A stretch of 61,785 nt of DNA, from positions 1 to 61,785 of the forward strand of contig CAZGXF010000002.1 of NCBI GenBank assembly GCA_964529575.1. The letters are read 5' to 3'. The DNA comes from an uncultured bacterium (GTDB taxonomy: Bacteria > Deinococcota > Deinococci > Deinococcales > Trueperaceae). A program made the position numbers and the translations under genes. Below, one piece after another: positions 20,034 to 30,187 of this stretch; the stretch's first letter is position 1, and each line of letters starts with the position of its first letter. The notes under the pieces were generated by a model. That model was not told the origin of the DNA. It ran no database searches and worked only from the letters and a program-made list of their open reading frames with translations.

Positions 20034-20252
20034 CGCCTCTCTACGTCCTCCGTGGCGCCCCCTGGCGCCGCCCGCCCCTGTCGGCCCCGCGGTGCATGGG
20101 GGCCGCGCCTTGTTGTACACTCGGTAGGTTTGTCGGCGGCAGCGGGATGTCCGCCGTCATCCCCGAGAGACAGGAGCGTCCTCGCGTACGGCGTGAAGCC
20201 GGCGCGGCCGACCTGTGACTCCGACCTCAACATCCCGCCTGTGGAGGGAAAG

Positions 20253-21107
20253 ATGTCGTACCTGGGAATGAAGCAGCTGCTCGAGGCCGGCGTGCACTTC
20301 GGCCACGAGACCAAGCGCGCCAACCCGAAGATGAAGCGCTTCATCTTCGCCGAGCGCAACGGGATCTTCATCATCGACCTGCAGAAGACGCTGGTCGAGA
20401 GCGAGAAGGCCTTCGACTTCCTCAAGAGCGTCGCCCAGCGCGGCGGGACGATCCTGTTCGTCGGGGCGAAGAAGCAGGCCCAGGAGATCCTCGCGGCGGA
20501 GGCCAAGCGCTGCGGCATGCCGTACATCAACGAGCGCTGGCTCGGCGGGCTGCTGACGAACTTCAAGACCATCCGCACCCGCGTAGAGCGCCTCAAGGAG
20601 CTCGAGCAGATGTTCGAGGACGAGTCGATCCTGCGCTTCACGAAGAAGGAGCAGATCGACCTCGGCAAGGAGATGCACCGTCTCCAACGCTACCTGGGCG
20701 GCATCCGTGACATGACCCGCCTGCCGGACGCGCTGTTCGTGATCGACCCGACCAAGGAGGCGATCGCGGTCAAGGAGGCGAACAAGCTCGGCATCCCCGT
20801 CGTGGGCCTGGCCGACACCGACTCCGACCCCGACGTCCTCGACTTCATCGTGCCGGGCAACGACGACGCGATCCGCTCCATCCAGCTGATCACGGCTCGC
20901 CTGGCCGACCTCATCGTCGAGGTGCGCGGCGGCGCCTCCGAGGCCCCGGCGCCCAGCCCGGCCGAGGACGAGGAGCGCGAGACGCTCCCGACGCCGCTCT
21001 CGGAGCCGGAGCGCGCGATCCAGGAGGCCGCCGTGGCGGCCGACGAGGAAGAGCCGCTCGAGGAAGCCGGCGAGGCGGAGCAGGAAGCAGAGCAAGTCGA
21101 GGAGTGA
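20253..21107 (+). CDS. rpsB: 30S ribosomal protein S2
   Basis: MSYLGMKQLLEAGVHFGHETKRANPKM...; GGAGGGAAAG precedes the ATG. The protein has an acidic C-terminal tail. Confidence 0.97.
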   Translation: MSYLGMKQLLEAGVHFGHETKRANPKMKRFIFAERNGIFIIDLQKTLVESEKAFDFLKSVAQRGGTILFVGAKKQAQEILAAEAKRCGMPYINERWLGGLLTNFKTIRTRVERLKELEQMFEDESILRFTKKEQIDLGKEMHRLQRYLGGIRDMTRLPDALFVIDPTKEAIAVKEANKLGIPVVGLADTDSDPDVLDFIVPGNDDAIRSIQLITARLADLIVEVRGGASEAPAPSPAEDEERETLPTPLSEPERAIQEAAVAADEEEPLEEAGEAEQEAEQVEE

Positions 21108-21123
21108 GGTCCCGACAGGGACC
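21108..21123 (+). terminator. short hairpin immediately after the rpsB stop (possible rpsB-tsf attenuator)
   Basis: GGTCCC-GACA-GGGACC starts 1 nt after the stop codon. Confidence 0.3.
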
Positions 21124-21188
21124 GCAGGACCACGGCGTCCGACGGGCGCCCGTGGGGAACGAACCCGGAACGAGGGTGAGGTAACACC

Positions 21189-22515
<1,327 letters not shown>

Positions 22516-22564
22516 CCGAGCGCGGTACACTGGCGCCCGGTAGCTCGAGATCCGGAGGTCAGCG

Positions 22565-23119
22565 ATGAAGACGGTCCTCGCCGAGACCAGGGAGCGCATG
22601 CAGCGCTCGCTAGAGGCGTACGAGCAGAACATCGGCTCGGTGCGCACCGGCCGCGCCAACCCGGCGATACTCAACCGCGTGCACGTGGACTACTACGGCA
22701 CGTCCATGCCCCTGCCCCAGCTCGCCACGATCACCAGCCCCGACGCCAGGACGCTGGTCATCACGCCGTTCGACAAGAGCTCCATCGCCGCCATCGAGAA
22801 GGCGATCCTCGAGAGCGACCTGGGCTTCAACCCCAACAACCAGGGCGACAACGTCTTCATCAGCGTCCCGCCGCTCACCGACGAGCGGCGCCGCGACCTG
22901 GTGAAGACCGTCCACCACATGGCCGAGGAGGCGCGCGTCGCCGTGCGCAACATCCGCCGCGACGCCAACGACCGCCTCAAGGCGATGCAGAAGGACGGCG
23001 GCCTCTCCGAGGACGACCTGAGGCGCGCCGAGGCCGAGGTTCAGAAGGCCACCGACGAGTTCATCGCCAAGATCGACCAGAGGACGAAGGCGAAAGAGAC
23101 CGACATCCTGGCGGTGTGA
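22565..23119 (+). CDS. frr: ribosome recycling factor
   Basis: 184 aa. ...SVRTGRANPAILNRVHVDYYG...ITPFDKS... Confidence 0.97.
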   Translation: MKTVLAETRERMQRSLEAYEQNIGSVRTGRANPAILNRVHVDYYGTSMPLPQLATITSPDARTLVITPFDKSSIAAIEKAILESDLGFNPNNQGDNVFISVPPLTDERRRDLVKTVHHMAEEARVAVRNIRRDANDRLKAMQKDGGLSEDDLRRAEAEVQKATDEFIAKIDQRTKAKETDILAV

Positions 23120-24006
23120 GCGAGCCGCCACCAGAGCCGGGCTCAGAGGGCACGCTGCGCGCGCGCGTGGCGGGCGGCCTGGCCGTCTTCCTCGTCGCCA
23201 TGCTCGTGCTCTGGGTGGGGCTGCCGCTCCTGGCGCCGGCCTTCGTCCTGCTCGCCGTCGTGGCGCTGAGCGAGTACACGGAGCTGATGAGGCTCCGCGG
23301 CGTGCCGGTCCGCAAGCGCAGCCTGTGGGTGGCCGCCCTGCTCACGGTGCCGGCCTCGCTGCCCTCCACCTACCCCGGCATGCCCACGCTCGCCGGCGGC
23401 GTGAGCTGGCGCGAGGCGCTGCTGGTGGCGTTCGTGATCTACGTCCTCGTGCTCGAGGTCGCGGTGCCCAACCGCAACTCGGTGCACGCCGCGGCCTTCA
23501 CGGTGGCCGGCTACCTCTACGTCCCGTTCCTCCTGGGGTACGTCATCACCCTGCGCTACACGCCCGACGGCCACCTCGGCCTGTGGTTCCTGGCCATCCC
23601 GCTGCTCTCGGCCGTGGCCACCGACGTGGGCGCCTACGCGCTGGGGTCGCTGTTCGGCCGCACGCCGCTGGCGCCGCGCGTCAGCCCCAGGAAGACGGTC
23701 GAGGGCGCCGTGGGCGGGCTCCTCTTCGCCCTGCTCATCGTCGCCGCCACGGCCCTGCTGGCCAGGCGCGCCGTCGGCCTCGAGCTGGGCGTGGGCACCG
23801 TCGTGGCGCTGACGCTCGTGACCTCCGTGGCCGCGCAGCTGGGCGACCTCTTCGAGTCGCTGCTGAAGCGCTGGGCCGGCGTGAAGGACGCCGGCGTCTT
23901 CCTGCCGGGCCACGGCGGCGTGCTCGACCGCATCGACTCGCTGCTGTTCACGTTCCCCGTCAGCTACCTGTTCGTCACGATGCTGGTCGTCCCCTACGCG
24001 ACCTAG
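23116..24006 (+). CDS. cdsA: phosphatidate cytidylyltransferase
   Basis: GTG overlaps the frr stop (GTGA). A polytopic protein with the C-terminal signature SLLKRWAGVKDAGVFLPGHGGVLDRIDS. Confidence 0.9.
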   Translation: MSEPPPEPGSEGTLRARVAGGLAVFLVAMLVLWVGLPLLAPAFVLLAVVALSEYTELMRLRGVPVRKRSLWVAALLTVPASLPSTYPGMPTLAGGVSWREALLVAFVIYVLVLEVAVPNRNSVHAAAFTVAGYLYVPFLLGYVITLRYTPDGHLGLWFLAIPLLSAVATDVGAYALGSLFGRTPLAPRVSPRKTVEGAVGGLLFALLIVAATALLARRAVGLELGVGTVVALTLVTSVAAQLGDLFESLLKRWAGVKDAGVFLPGHGGVLDRIDSLLFTFPVSYLFVTMLVVPYAT

Positions 24007-24025
24007 GCGGTAGAGTCTAAGCTCG

Positions 24026-24055
24026 CGTCGCGCCCGCCAGCGGGCAGGCGCGACG
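24026..24055 (+). terminator. hairpin after cdsA
   Basis: A 9-bp outer stem CGTCGCGCC / GGCGCGACG encloses a further GC-rich inner pairing, about 20 nt after the stop. Confidence 0.5.
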
Positions 24056-24151
24056 TCCCGCCCCACGGCCGGCGCGGAGCCGCGCCCGTCGCCGGGCCGG
24101 CGAGAGGTCCCGCCCGCTCGGGGGCGGGAAGGCGGAGGAAGAGGAGCGAGC

Positions 24152-26587
24152 ATGAGCGCCCAGGACACCACCCCACTGCCCCCCACCGCGCACCACCCGC
24201 CCGCGAGGACGCCGCGCGAGGGGCAGAGGCAGGTGGCGCCCAACTTCATCACCGACATCGTCGACGCCGACCTCGCCGCGGGCCGCGTGACGAGCGTGGT
24301 GACGCGCTTCCCGCCGGAGCCTAACGGCTTCCTGCACGTGGGCCACGCGAAGGCGATCTGCCTCTCCTTCGGTATCGCCGAGGACTACGGCGGCGTCACG
24401 TACCTCCGCTTCGACGACACCAACCCCGAGACCGAGGACGAGCGCTACGTCGAGGCGATCAAGCGCGACATCGAGTGGCTCGGCTTCAGGCCGGTGGAGG
24501 TGAGGTTCGCCTCCGACTACTTCCCGCACCTCTACGAGTGGGCGAAGGAGCTGATCCGCAAGGGCCTGGCTTACGTGGACTCCTCCTCGGAGGAGGAGAT
24601 CCGCGCGCTGCGCGGCACCGTGACCCTGCCCGGCCGCCCGGGCCCCTACCGCGAACGCAGCGTGGAGGAGAACCTCGACCTGTTCGAGCGCATGAACGCC
24701 GGCGAGTTCCCCGAGGGCGCGCACGTCCTGCGCGCGAAGATCGACCTGGCCTCGCCGAACATGAAGATGCGCGACCCGATCCTGTACCGCATCCTCCACA
24801 CGCCGCACTACCGCACCGGGGACAGGTGGAAGGTCTACCCGATGTACGACATGGCGCACCCGCTGTCGGACGCCATCGAGGGCATCACGCACTCCCTGTG
24901 CACGCTCGAGTTCGAGAACAACAGGGAGATCTACGACTGGCTCCTCGACCACCTCATAGAGGGGCCGCGCCCGCACCAGTACGAGTTCGCCCGCCTGGTC
25001 CTCGACCACACCGTCGTGAGCAAGCGCAAGCTGCTTAGGCTCGTGAACGACGGGTACGTGACGGCCTGGGACGACCCGCGCATGCCCACGCTCTCGGCGC
25101 TGCGCCGGCGCGGCGTGCCGCCGGTGGCGCTGAAGGACTTCGTGAACCGTGTCGGCGTGGCGAAGGCGAACAGCCGGACCGACCCGCAGCTCCTCGACCA
25201 CTCGGTGCGCGAGACCCTGAACGCCGAGGCGCCGCGCGTGCTGGCCGTCCTCGACCCGCTGGTGGTGGAGCTGACGAACGTGCCGGAGGGCGAGGTCACG
25301 TGGCTGGACGCCCCCTACTGGCCGCACGACGTGCCGCGCGAGGGCAGCCGCCTCGTGCCGCTGACCCGCGAGGTCGTGATCGAGCGTGAAGACTTCGCCA
25401 TGGAGCCCCCGAAGGGCTACAAGCGCCTGGCCCCGGGGCGCGCCGTGCGCCTCCGCCACGGGCCCGTGGTCCGCTGCGACGAGGTCGAGACGGACGACGC
25501 CGGCCGGGTCACCATGCTGCGCTGCACGGCCTTCTTGGGCGAAATGGGCGAGGCGCCCGAGGGCGTGAAGGTGTGGGCCACGGTCCACTGGGTGTCGCAC
25601 GAGCGCGGCGTGCCGTTCACGGCGCGCCTCTACGACAGGCTCTTCACCGCCCCCGACCCCGAGGAGGGCGGCGACTTCCTGGCGCACCTCAACCCCGAGG
25701 CGCTCCTCGAGCGGCGCGGTCTGGTCGAGCCGTCGGTGCTGGACGACGACCCCGAGACCCGCTACCAGTTCGAGCGTCTCGGCTACTTCTGGCGCGACCC
25801 CGTCGACGGCCGCGGCGACGAGCTGGTGTTCAACCGCATCGTGCCGCTGAAGGACCGCTACGCCAGGCGCGTCGCCGGCGACGAGGCGAGGCGCGGAGAG
25901 GCTCCGGTGCCCGCTCATGGAGCGGCGGACGGGGCGGCGGCGCGTACCTCGGGCGCCGAGGCCCACGCCGGGCGTGCGGCCGCTGGGGCTCCGGCGGAGG
26001 CGCGGCCCGGCGCGGCGGCGCCCCGCGCGGAGGCGGCCGCCGTCGACCCCGCCAGGGCCGCCCTGGCCGCCGAGCTGGCGGCGAGGCACGGGCTCAGGGC
26101 GAACGACGCCGACGCGCTGGCCGGCTCCGTCCAGCTGAGGGAGTTCTTCGCGGCGGCGCTCGAGGCCGGAGCGCCGGCGGGCGCGGCGGCGAACCTGCTC
26201 GTGAACGTGGTGGCGCGCGAGCTGCGCGAGCGCGGCGAGGACATGCGACTCACCCCCGCCGGCCTGGCCGGGCTGGCGCGGCTGCTCGACGAGGGCAAGG
26301 TCACGGCGACGGTGGCCAAGGAGGTCCTCGCCGAGGCCGCCGGCTCCGGCGCCGAACCGGCCGAGCTCGTCTCGGCCCGCGGGCTCGACCGGGCGGTGCC
26401 CGAGGCCGAGGTCCGGGAGCTCGTCAGGCGGGCCGTGGCCGACCACCCCGACGAGGTGGCCTCGTACCGGTCCGGGAAGGCCGGTCTGAAGGGCTTCTTC
26501 GTGGGCCAGGTGATGCGCGCCAGCGGCGGCCGCGCCGACCCGGCCCTGGTGCAGCGGCTCGTGACCGAGGCGCTGGACGGCGGCTGA
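24152..26587 (+). CDS. glnS: glutamine--tRNA ligase with a C-terminal YqeY/GatB-like domain
   Basis: A class I core with HVGHAK and VVSKRKL (KMSKS-type) motifs, then an Ala/Arg-rich linker, then a GatB/YqeY-like C-terminal module (...GKAGLKGFFVGQVMRASGGRADPALV...). Confidence 0.95.
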   Translation: MSAQDTTPLPPTAHHPPARTPREGQRQVAPNFITDIVDADLAAGRVTSVVTRFPPEPNGFLHVGHAKAICLSFGIAEDYGGVTYLRFDDTNPETEDERYVEAIKRDIEWLGFRPVEVRFASDYFPHLYEWAKELIRKGLAYVDSSSEEEIRALRGTVTLPGRPGPYRERSVEENLDLFERMNAGEFPEGAHVLRAKIDLASPNMKMRDPILYRILHTPHYRTGDRWKVYPMYDMAHPLSDAIEGITHSLCTLEFENNREIYDWLLDHLIEGPRPHQYEFARLVLDHTVVSKRKLLRLVNDGYVTAWDDPRMPTLSALRRRGVPPVALKDFVNRVGVAKANSRTDPQLLDHSVRETLNAEAPRVLAVLDPLVVELTNVPEGEVTWLDAPYWPHDVPREGSRLVPLTREVVIEREDFAMEPPKGYKRLAPGRAVRLRHGPVVRCDEVETDDAGRVTMLRCTAFLGEMGEAPEGVKVWATVHWVSHERGVPFTARLYDRLFTAPDPEEGGDFLAHLNPEALLERRGLVEPSVLDDDPETRYQFERLGYFWRDPVDGRGDELVFNRIVPLKDRYARRVAGDEARRGEAPVPAHGAADGAAARTSGAEAHAGRAAAGAPAEARPGAAAPRAEAAAVDPARAALAAELAARHGLRANDADALAGSVQLREFFAAALEAGAPAGAAANLLVNVVARELRERGEDMRLTPAGLAGLARLLDEGKVTATVAKEVLAEAAGSGAEPAELVSARGLDRAVPEAEVRELVRRAVADHPDEVASYRSGKAGLKGFFVGQVMRASGGRADPALVQRLVTEALDGG

Positions 26588-26603
26588 CCGCCCCTGACGC
26601 GCC

Positions 26604-27734
26604 CTAGACCCGCCGGCCGGCCACGTAGACCTCTCTGACCTCGAGGTCCTCGTCCAGCACCACGAGGTCGGCGCGCAGACCCACGGCCAGCTTGCCCCTG
26701 TCGGCGAGGCCCAGGTAACCCGCCGGCACGGTGGAGGCCAGCGTGGCCGCCTCGGCCAGGTCGAGGCCGCAGGTCACGGCGTTGCGCACGGCCCTGTCCA
26801 TCGTCAGCACGCTACCCGCGAGCGTGCCGTCGCGCAGCCGCGCGGCGCCGCCCGACACGACGACCGGCTGGCCGCCCAGCTCGCTCTCGCCCGCCTCCGT
26901 GCCGGCCGCGCGGATGGCGTCGGTGACGAGCATGAGGCGACCGGGCTTCGCCGCCAGCGCCGCGCGGAAGGCCGTGCCGTGCACGTGGTGGAGGTCGAGG
27001 ATCAGCTCGGCGTAGGCGTCGGCCCGCGCCAGCGCTGCCCCTACGGCGCCGGGCTCGCGCGAGCCGAGCTGGCTCATGGCGTTGTAGAGGTGCGTGAAGC
27101 CGGCCACGCCGCCCGCTCCGGCGACGGCGTCGAGGGTCGCCTCGACCTGCGCGGCGCTGGCCAGGGTGTGACCGACGCTGACCCTGACACCGGCGCGCGC
27201 GAACGCTCGCGCCGCCTCGAGCGCGCCGGGTACCTCGGGCGCCAGCGTCACCACCTTGACGACGCCTAGTGCCACGGCCTCGGCTACCAGCCCTAGGTCG
27301 GGGGGCAGCGCGTGCGGCGGCTGCGCTCCCAGCTTGTCGGGGCTGATGAAGGGGCCCTCGAGGTGCGCGCCCGGCACGTCGGGTAGCCCGCCCCGCCCGG
27401 CGGCCTCCCGTACGGCCGCGACGCCCTGCAGGGCGCGCAGCACGTCCGGCCAGGGGTTCGTGATCGTGGTGGGCAGCAGGGTCGTGGTGCCGCGCGTGGC
27501 GTGGAAGCGGGCCAGCGCCGCGACGCCGTCGGCGCCGTCCATCGTGTCGCCCCCGCCTCCCCCGTGCACGTGGGCGTCGACGAAACCAGGCAGGACGTAG
27601 GGCGCCGGCAGGCCGCGGGCCGGCCCGGGCTCGCCCGAGAGCTCGAGGAGCGTGATGCGGCCCTCGAACTCGACGCTCCCCGGAGCGGCTCCGCCGGGTA
27701 GCACCAGGGTGCCGCTCAGGCGGGGCATGGACAC
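26604..27734 (-). CDS. nagA: N-acetylglucosamine-6-phosphate deacetylase
   Basis: Amidohydrolase fold with the GFVDAHVHGGGGGD and FTHLYNAMS motifs. Confidence 0.9.
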   Translation of the reverse strand: MSMPRLSGTLVLPGGAAPGSVEFEGRITLLELSGEPGPARGLPAPYVLPGFVDAHVHGGGGGDTMDGADGVAALARFHATRGTTTLLPTTITNPWPDVLRALQGVAAVREAAGRGGLPDVPGAHLEGPFISPDKLGAQPPHALPPDLGLVAEAVALGVVKVVTLAPEVPGALEAARAFARAGVRVSVGHTLASAAQVEATLDAVAGAGGVAGFTHLYNAMSQLGSREPGAVGAALARADAYAELILDLHHVHGTAFRAALAAKPGRLMLVTDAIRAAGTEAGESELGGQPVVVSGGAARLRDGTLAGSVLTMDRAVRNAVTCGLDLAEAATLASTVPAGYLGLADRGKLAVGLRADLVVLDEDLEVREVYVAGRRV

Positions 27735-27828
27735 CCCGCCTTCCGGGCCCTAACCTGGGCGGTACCTACGTCCCTTGGCTCGGTCATGGCTGGCCAGGAT
27801 ACTGCGAGACGAAAGGGAGGCGACAACT

Positions 27829-28407
27829 ATGCCTCGTACCACGTACTACCCAGAACCGACCATCAGTAAATTCCTGTTCGCATCCAGGTACATGGCGCCG
27901 TTCTGGACCGTCGTCCGCATCTACCTGGGCTGGCTGTGGCTGAACGCCGGCTGGCACAAGGTGACCGATCCCAGGTGGGTGGGCGCGGAGGCTGGTACCG
28001 CGGTCTCGGGCTTCCTGAACCGGGCGCTCAGCCTCTCCGTGGGCGACTCCCCTGCCGTCAGCGGCTGGTACGCCTGGATAGTCGAGCACCTGTTCCTGCC
28101 CGCCGCGCCGGTGATGTCGTACATGGTCGCGTTCGGCGAGACCCTCATCGGCATCGCCCTGATCGTCGGCTTCCTCACCGGCCTCGTGGCCTTCCTGGGC
28201 GGCCTGATGAACGTGGCGTTCATGCTCGCCGGCACGCTCTCCACGAACCCGATCATGTTCATCCTCGCCACCTGGATCGTGCTGGCCTGGCGCATCGCCG
28301 GCTACTACGGCCTCGACTACTGGGTCCTGCCCTTCCTGGGCGCACCCGCCGACGGCTTCAGCCGCCGGCGCAGCGCGGCGGCCGGCCGGACCGCCACCAC
28401 GAGCTGA
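27829..28407 (+). CDS. DoxX-family membrane protein
   Basis: ATG 27829 is residue 19 of the track ORF and is preceded by AAGGGAGG. The protein has four TM helices with DoxX-like WLNAGWHK and GETLIGIALIVG motifs. Confidence 0.8.
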   Translation: MPRTTYYPEPTISKFLFASRYMAPFWTVVRIYLGWLWLNAGWHKVTDPRWVGAEAGTAVSGFLNRALSLSVGDSPAVSGWYAWIVEHLFLPAAPVMSYMVAFGETLIGIALIVGFLTGLVAFLGGLMNVAFMLAGTLSTNPIMFILATWIVLAWRIAGYYGLDYWVLPFLGAPADGFSRRRSAAAGRTATTS

Positions 28408-28440
28408 CCCCCCTCGCCGGGCCGTCGGCCCGGTGCGAAG

Positions 28441-28474
28441 GAGGCCCGGTACCGCGGCTGCGGTACCGGGCCTC
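28441..28474. terminator. bidirectional hairpin between convergent doxX and csp
   Basis: A perfect 15-bp stem GAGGCCCGGTACCGC / GCGGTACCGGGCCTC with loop GGCT. It is flanked by smaller hairpins at 28417-28433 and 28497-28516. Confidence 0.7.
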
Positions 28475-28539
28475 ACGCTAGCTTCGGGCTCGGCCGGCGC
28501 CCGCCCTGACGGGCGCTGTGCCGAGCGCGTGCGCCTACC

Positions 28540-28929
28540 TCAGTAGCGACGGTTGCGGCCGCCACGGCCGCGGTCGTTGCGGTCGCGGCCGCCGTACCCA
28601 CCTTCACGCTCGCGGCCGCCGAAACCACCCTCGCGGTCACGGCCGCCGAACCCGCCGTCACGGCCGCCGTAGCCGCCACGGTCCCCCCCGAAGCGGTCGA
28701 ACGAGGGGGCCTGCACCGGAGCGCGATGGGTGACGACCACGTTGCGAGCCTGCGGGCCCTTGGGACCCTGCTCGACCTCGAACGTGACCTCGTCGCCTTC
28801 GTTGAGAGTCCGGAAGCCCTCGGCCTGGATGGCGCTGAAGTGTACGAACACGTCGTCGCCACCTTCGTCGTGGGCGATGAAGCCGTACCCCTTCTCGCTG
28901 CTGAACCACTTGACCTTGCCTTCTGCCAT
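28540..28929 (-). CDS. cold-shock domain protein with a C-terminal Arg/Gly-rich repeat tail
   Basis: ATG 28929 is residue 75 of the track ORF and is preceded by AAGGAAGG. The cold-shock domain carries RNP motifs KGYGFI and VFVHF. A ~60-aa tail follows with GG(Y/F)GGR(D/E) repeats. Confidence 0.93.
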   Translation of the reverse strand: MAEGKVKWFSSEKGYGFIAHDEGGDDVFVHFSAIQAEGFRTLNEGDEVTFEVEQGPKGPQARNVVVTHRAPVQAPSFDRFGGDRGGYGGRDGGFGGRDREGGFGGREREGGYGGRDRNDRGRGGRNRRY

Positions 28930-29048
28930 GACCTTCCTTAGCCGCCCGGGCCGCCGGGCTCGTGAGACTGCCAGCTCCGGCAGGCGCACCACCCCGCTCC
29001 GGCGTGGGCCGGCCGACCGTGAGACCGCCAACGGTATCTGGCGCCCGA

Positions 29049-29078
29049 AGTGTAGGGCACCGATGAGGCCTGTGACAA
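29049..29078 (-). promoter_or_regulatory. candidate sigma-70-type promoter of the cold-shock gene
   Basis: The minus strand reads TTGTCA-N18-TACACT, which predicts a 5' leader of roughly 110 nt. Confidence 0.45.
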
Positions 29079-29192
29079 CTCGGTTGGGCTCGAACCGGTG
29101 CCAACTCGGCGGGTGCCCGGCCGCCGGCGACGACCGTAGCGCCTGGGACACGGCTCCGGCGCGCCCCGAGACGACCTACGGGCGCGGCGGGG

Positions 29193-29198
29193 TAACGT
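29193..29198 (+). promoter_or_regulatory. -10-like TAACGT 6 nt upstream of GTG 29205 (leaderless-type arrangement)
   Basis: TAACGT-tcgccc-GTG, with no Shine-Dalgarno sequence. Confidence 0.35.
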
Positions 29199-29204
29199 TC
29201 GCCC

Positions 29205-30146
29205 GTGGCAGAGGCACACGCGTCGGACATGACCGGGAACGCCGCCTTGGAGCGGCGGTTGGAGGCCCTCGAGCGCAGGCTGGCAGGACACGGCGACCCG
29301 CGGTTCGGTGACGCGCCGGCGGCGGACGCGAGGCTGGGCGTCGTGGCGCTGCCCTTGGACGGCGGCGGGGAAGCGGACTCCGCGCCGGTCTCGAGGCGCG
29401 CCACCGAGGCCTTCACGGCCGCCAGCACCATCAAGGTCTACGTGTTGCAAGCGCTGCTCGAGGCCGTGGCCGCGGGCGACCACGGCCTGGACGAGCGGGT
29501 CGAGTTGAGGGCCGAGGACCAAGTGACCGGCTCCGGTGTGCTGAAGGCGCTGAGCCCCGGGACGTCGTACCCGCTGCTGGACGTGGCCAGCCTGATGATC
29601 GTCGTCTCGGACAACACGGCCACGAACCTGCTCATCGACCTCCTCGGCGTGGAGCGGGTGCGTGAGGTGGTGGCTGCACGCGGCTGGATCGGCACCTACG
29701 TGCGCGGCAAGCTGCAGGTGGCTGCCCCTGTGGGTGACCAGAAGCCCTCTCCCAGCCGCACCACGCCCCGCGACCTGGCCGACTACTTCGCGCGCCTCTG
29801 GCGCGGGGAGCTGCTGCCAGAGGACCTGACGGACGTGGCCAAGCGCATCTACGCGCGGCAGCAGTTCACCGAGCTGGGCCGCGCCATCGACTACGACCAG
29901 TACACCGCCGAGATCGGCGAGTCGCACGTCGTCATCGCGTCTAAGAGCGGCTCGGTCCGCGGCGTGCGCAACGACGCGGGCGTGATCGCCCTCGGCGACC
30001 CCGGCGGCGAGCGGCGCGAGGTGGTGCTGGCCGTGATGACCGAGGGCTGCCCCGACCGCCGCTTCCACCCCGAGAACCTCGGCGCGATGGTGGTGGGCGA
30101 GACCGCGGCGGCGGTGCTGGAGGCGCTGGCGCCCGGCGCGCTCTGA
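29205..30146 (+). CDS. class A beta-lactamase-related serine hydrolase
   Basis: All three motifs are present: SxxK (STIK), SDN (VSDNTATN) and KSG (SKSGSV). Confidence 0.85.
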   Translation: MAEAHASDMTGNAALERRLEALERRLAGHGDPRFGDAPAADARLGVVALPLDGGGEADSAPVSRRATEAFTAASTIKVYVLQALLEAVAAGDHGLDERVELRAEDQVTGSGVLKALSPGTSYPLLDVASLMIVVSDNTATNLLIDLLGVERVREVVAARGWIGTYVRGKLQVAAPVGDQKPSPSRTTPRDLADYFARLWRGELLPEDLTDVAKRIYARQQFTELGRAIDYDQYTAEIGESHVVIASKSGSVRGVRNDAGVIALGDPGGERREVVLAVMTEGCPDRRFHPENLGAMVVGETAAAVLEALAPGAL

Positions 30147-30187
30147 AGCCGCTCGGCGCGCCCGGAGGCGCCCACGGGTCCGGCGGG

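Noticed and set aside
20116-20121. A TACACT -10-like hexamer upstream of rpsB, considered as a promoter with a ~125-nt S2-regulated leader.
   Set aside because: There is no acceptable -35 (TGCATG at the 17-nt position) and no recognisable similarity to the known rpsB leader pseudoknot. The evidence is too weak to list as a feature.
29080-29110. A tRNA-like T-arm sequence (minus strand GGTTCGAGCCC) in the csp / beta-lactamase-like spacer.
   Set aside because: The flanks do not form a T-stem, acceptor stem or anticodon arm. It is only a 5-bp hairpin CGGTT-GGGCTCG-AACCG plus a CAACTCGG direct repeat. I found no tRNA gene anywhere in the window.
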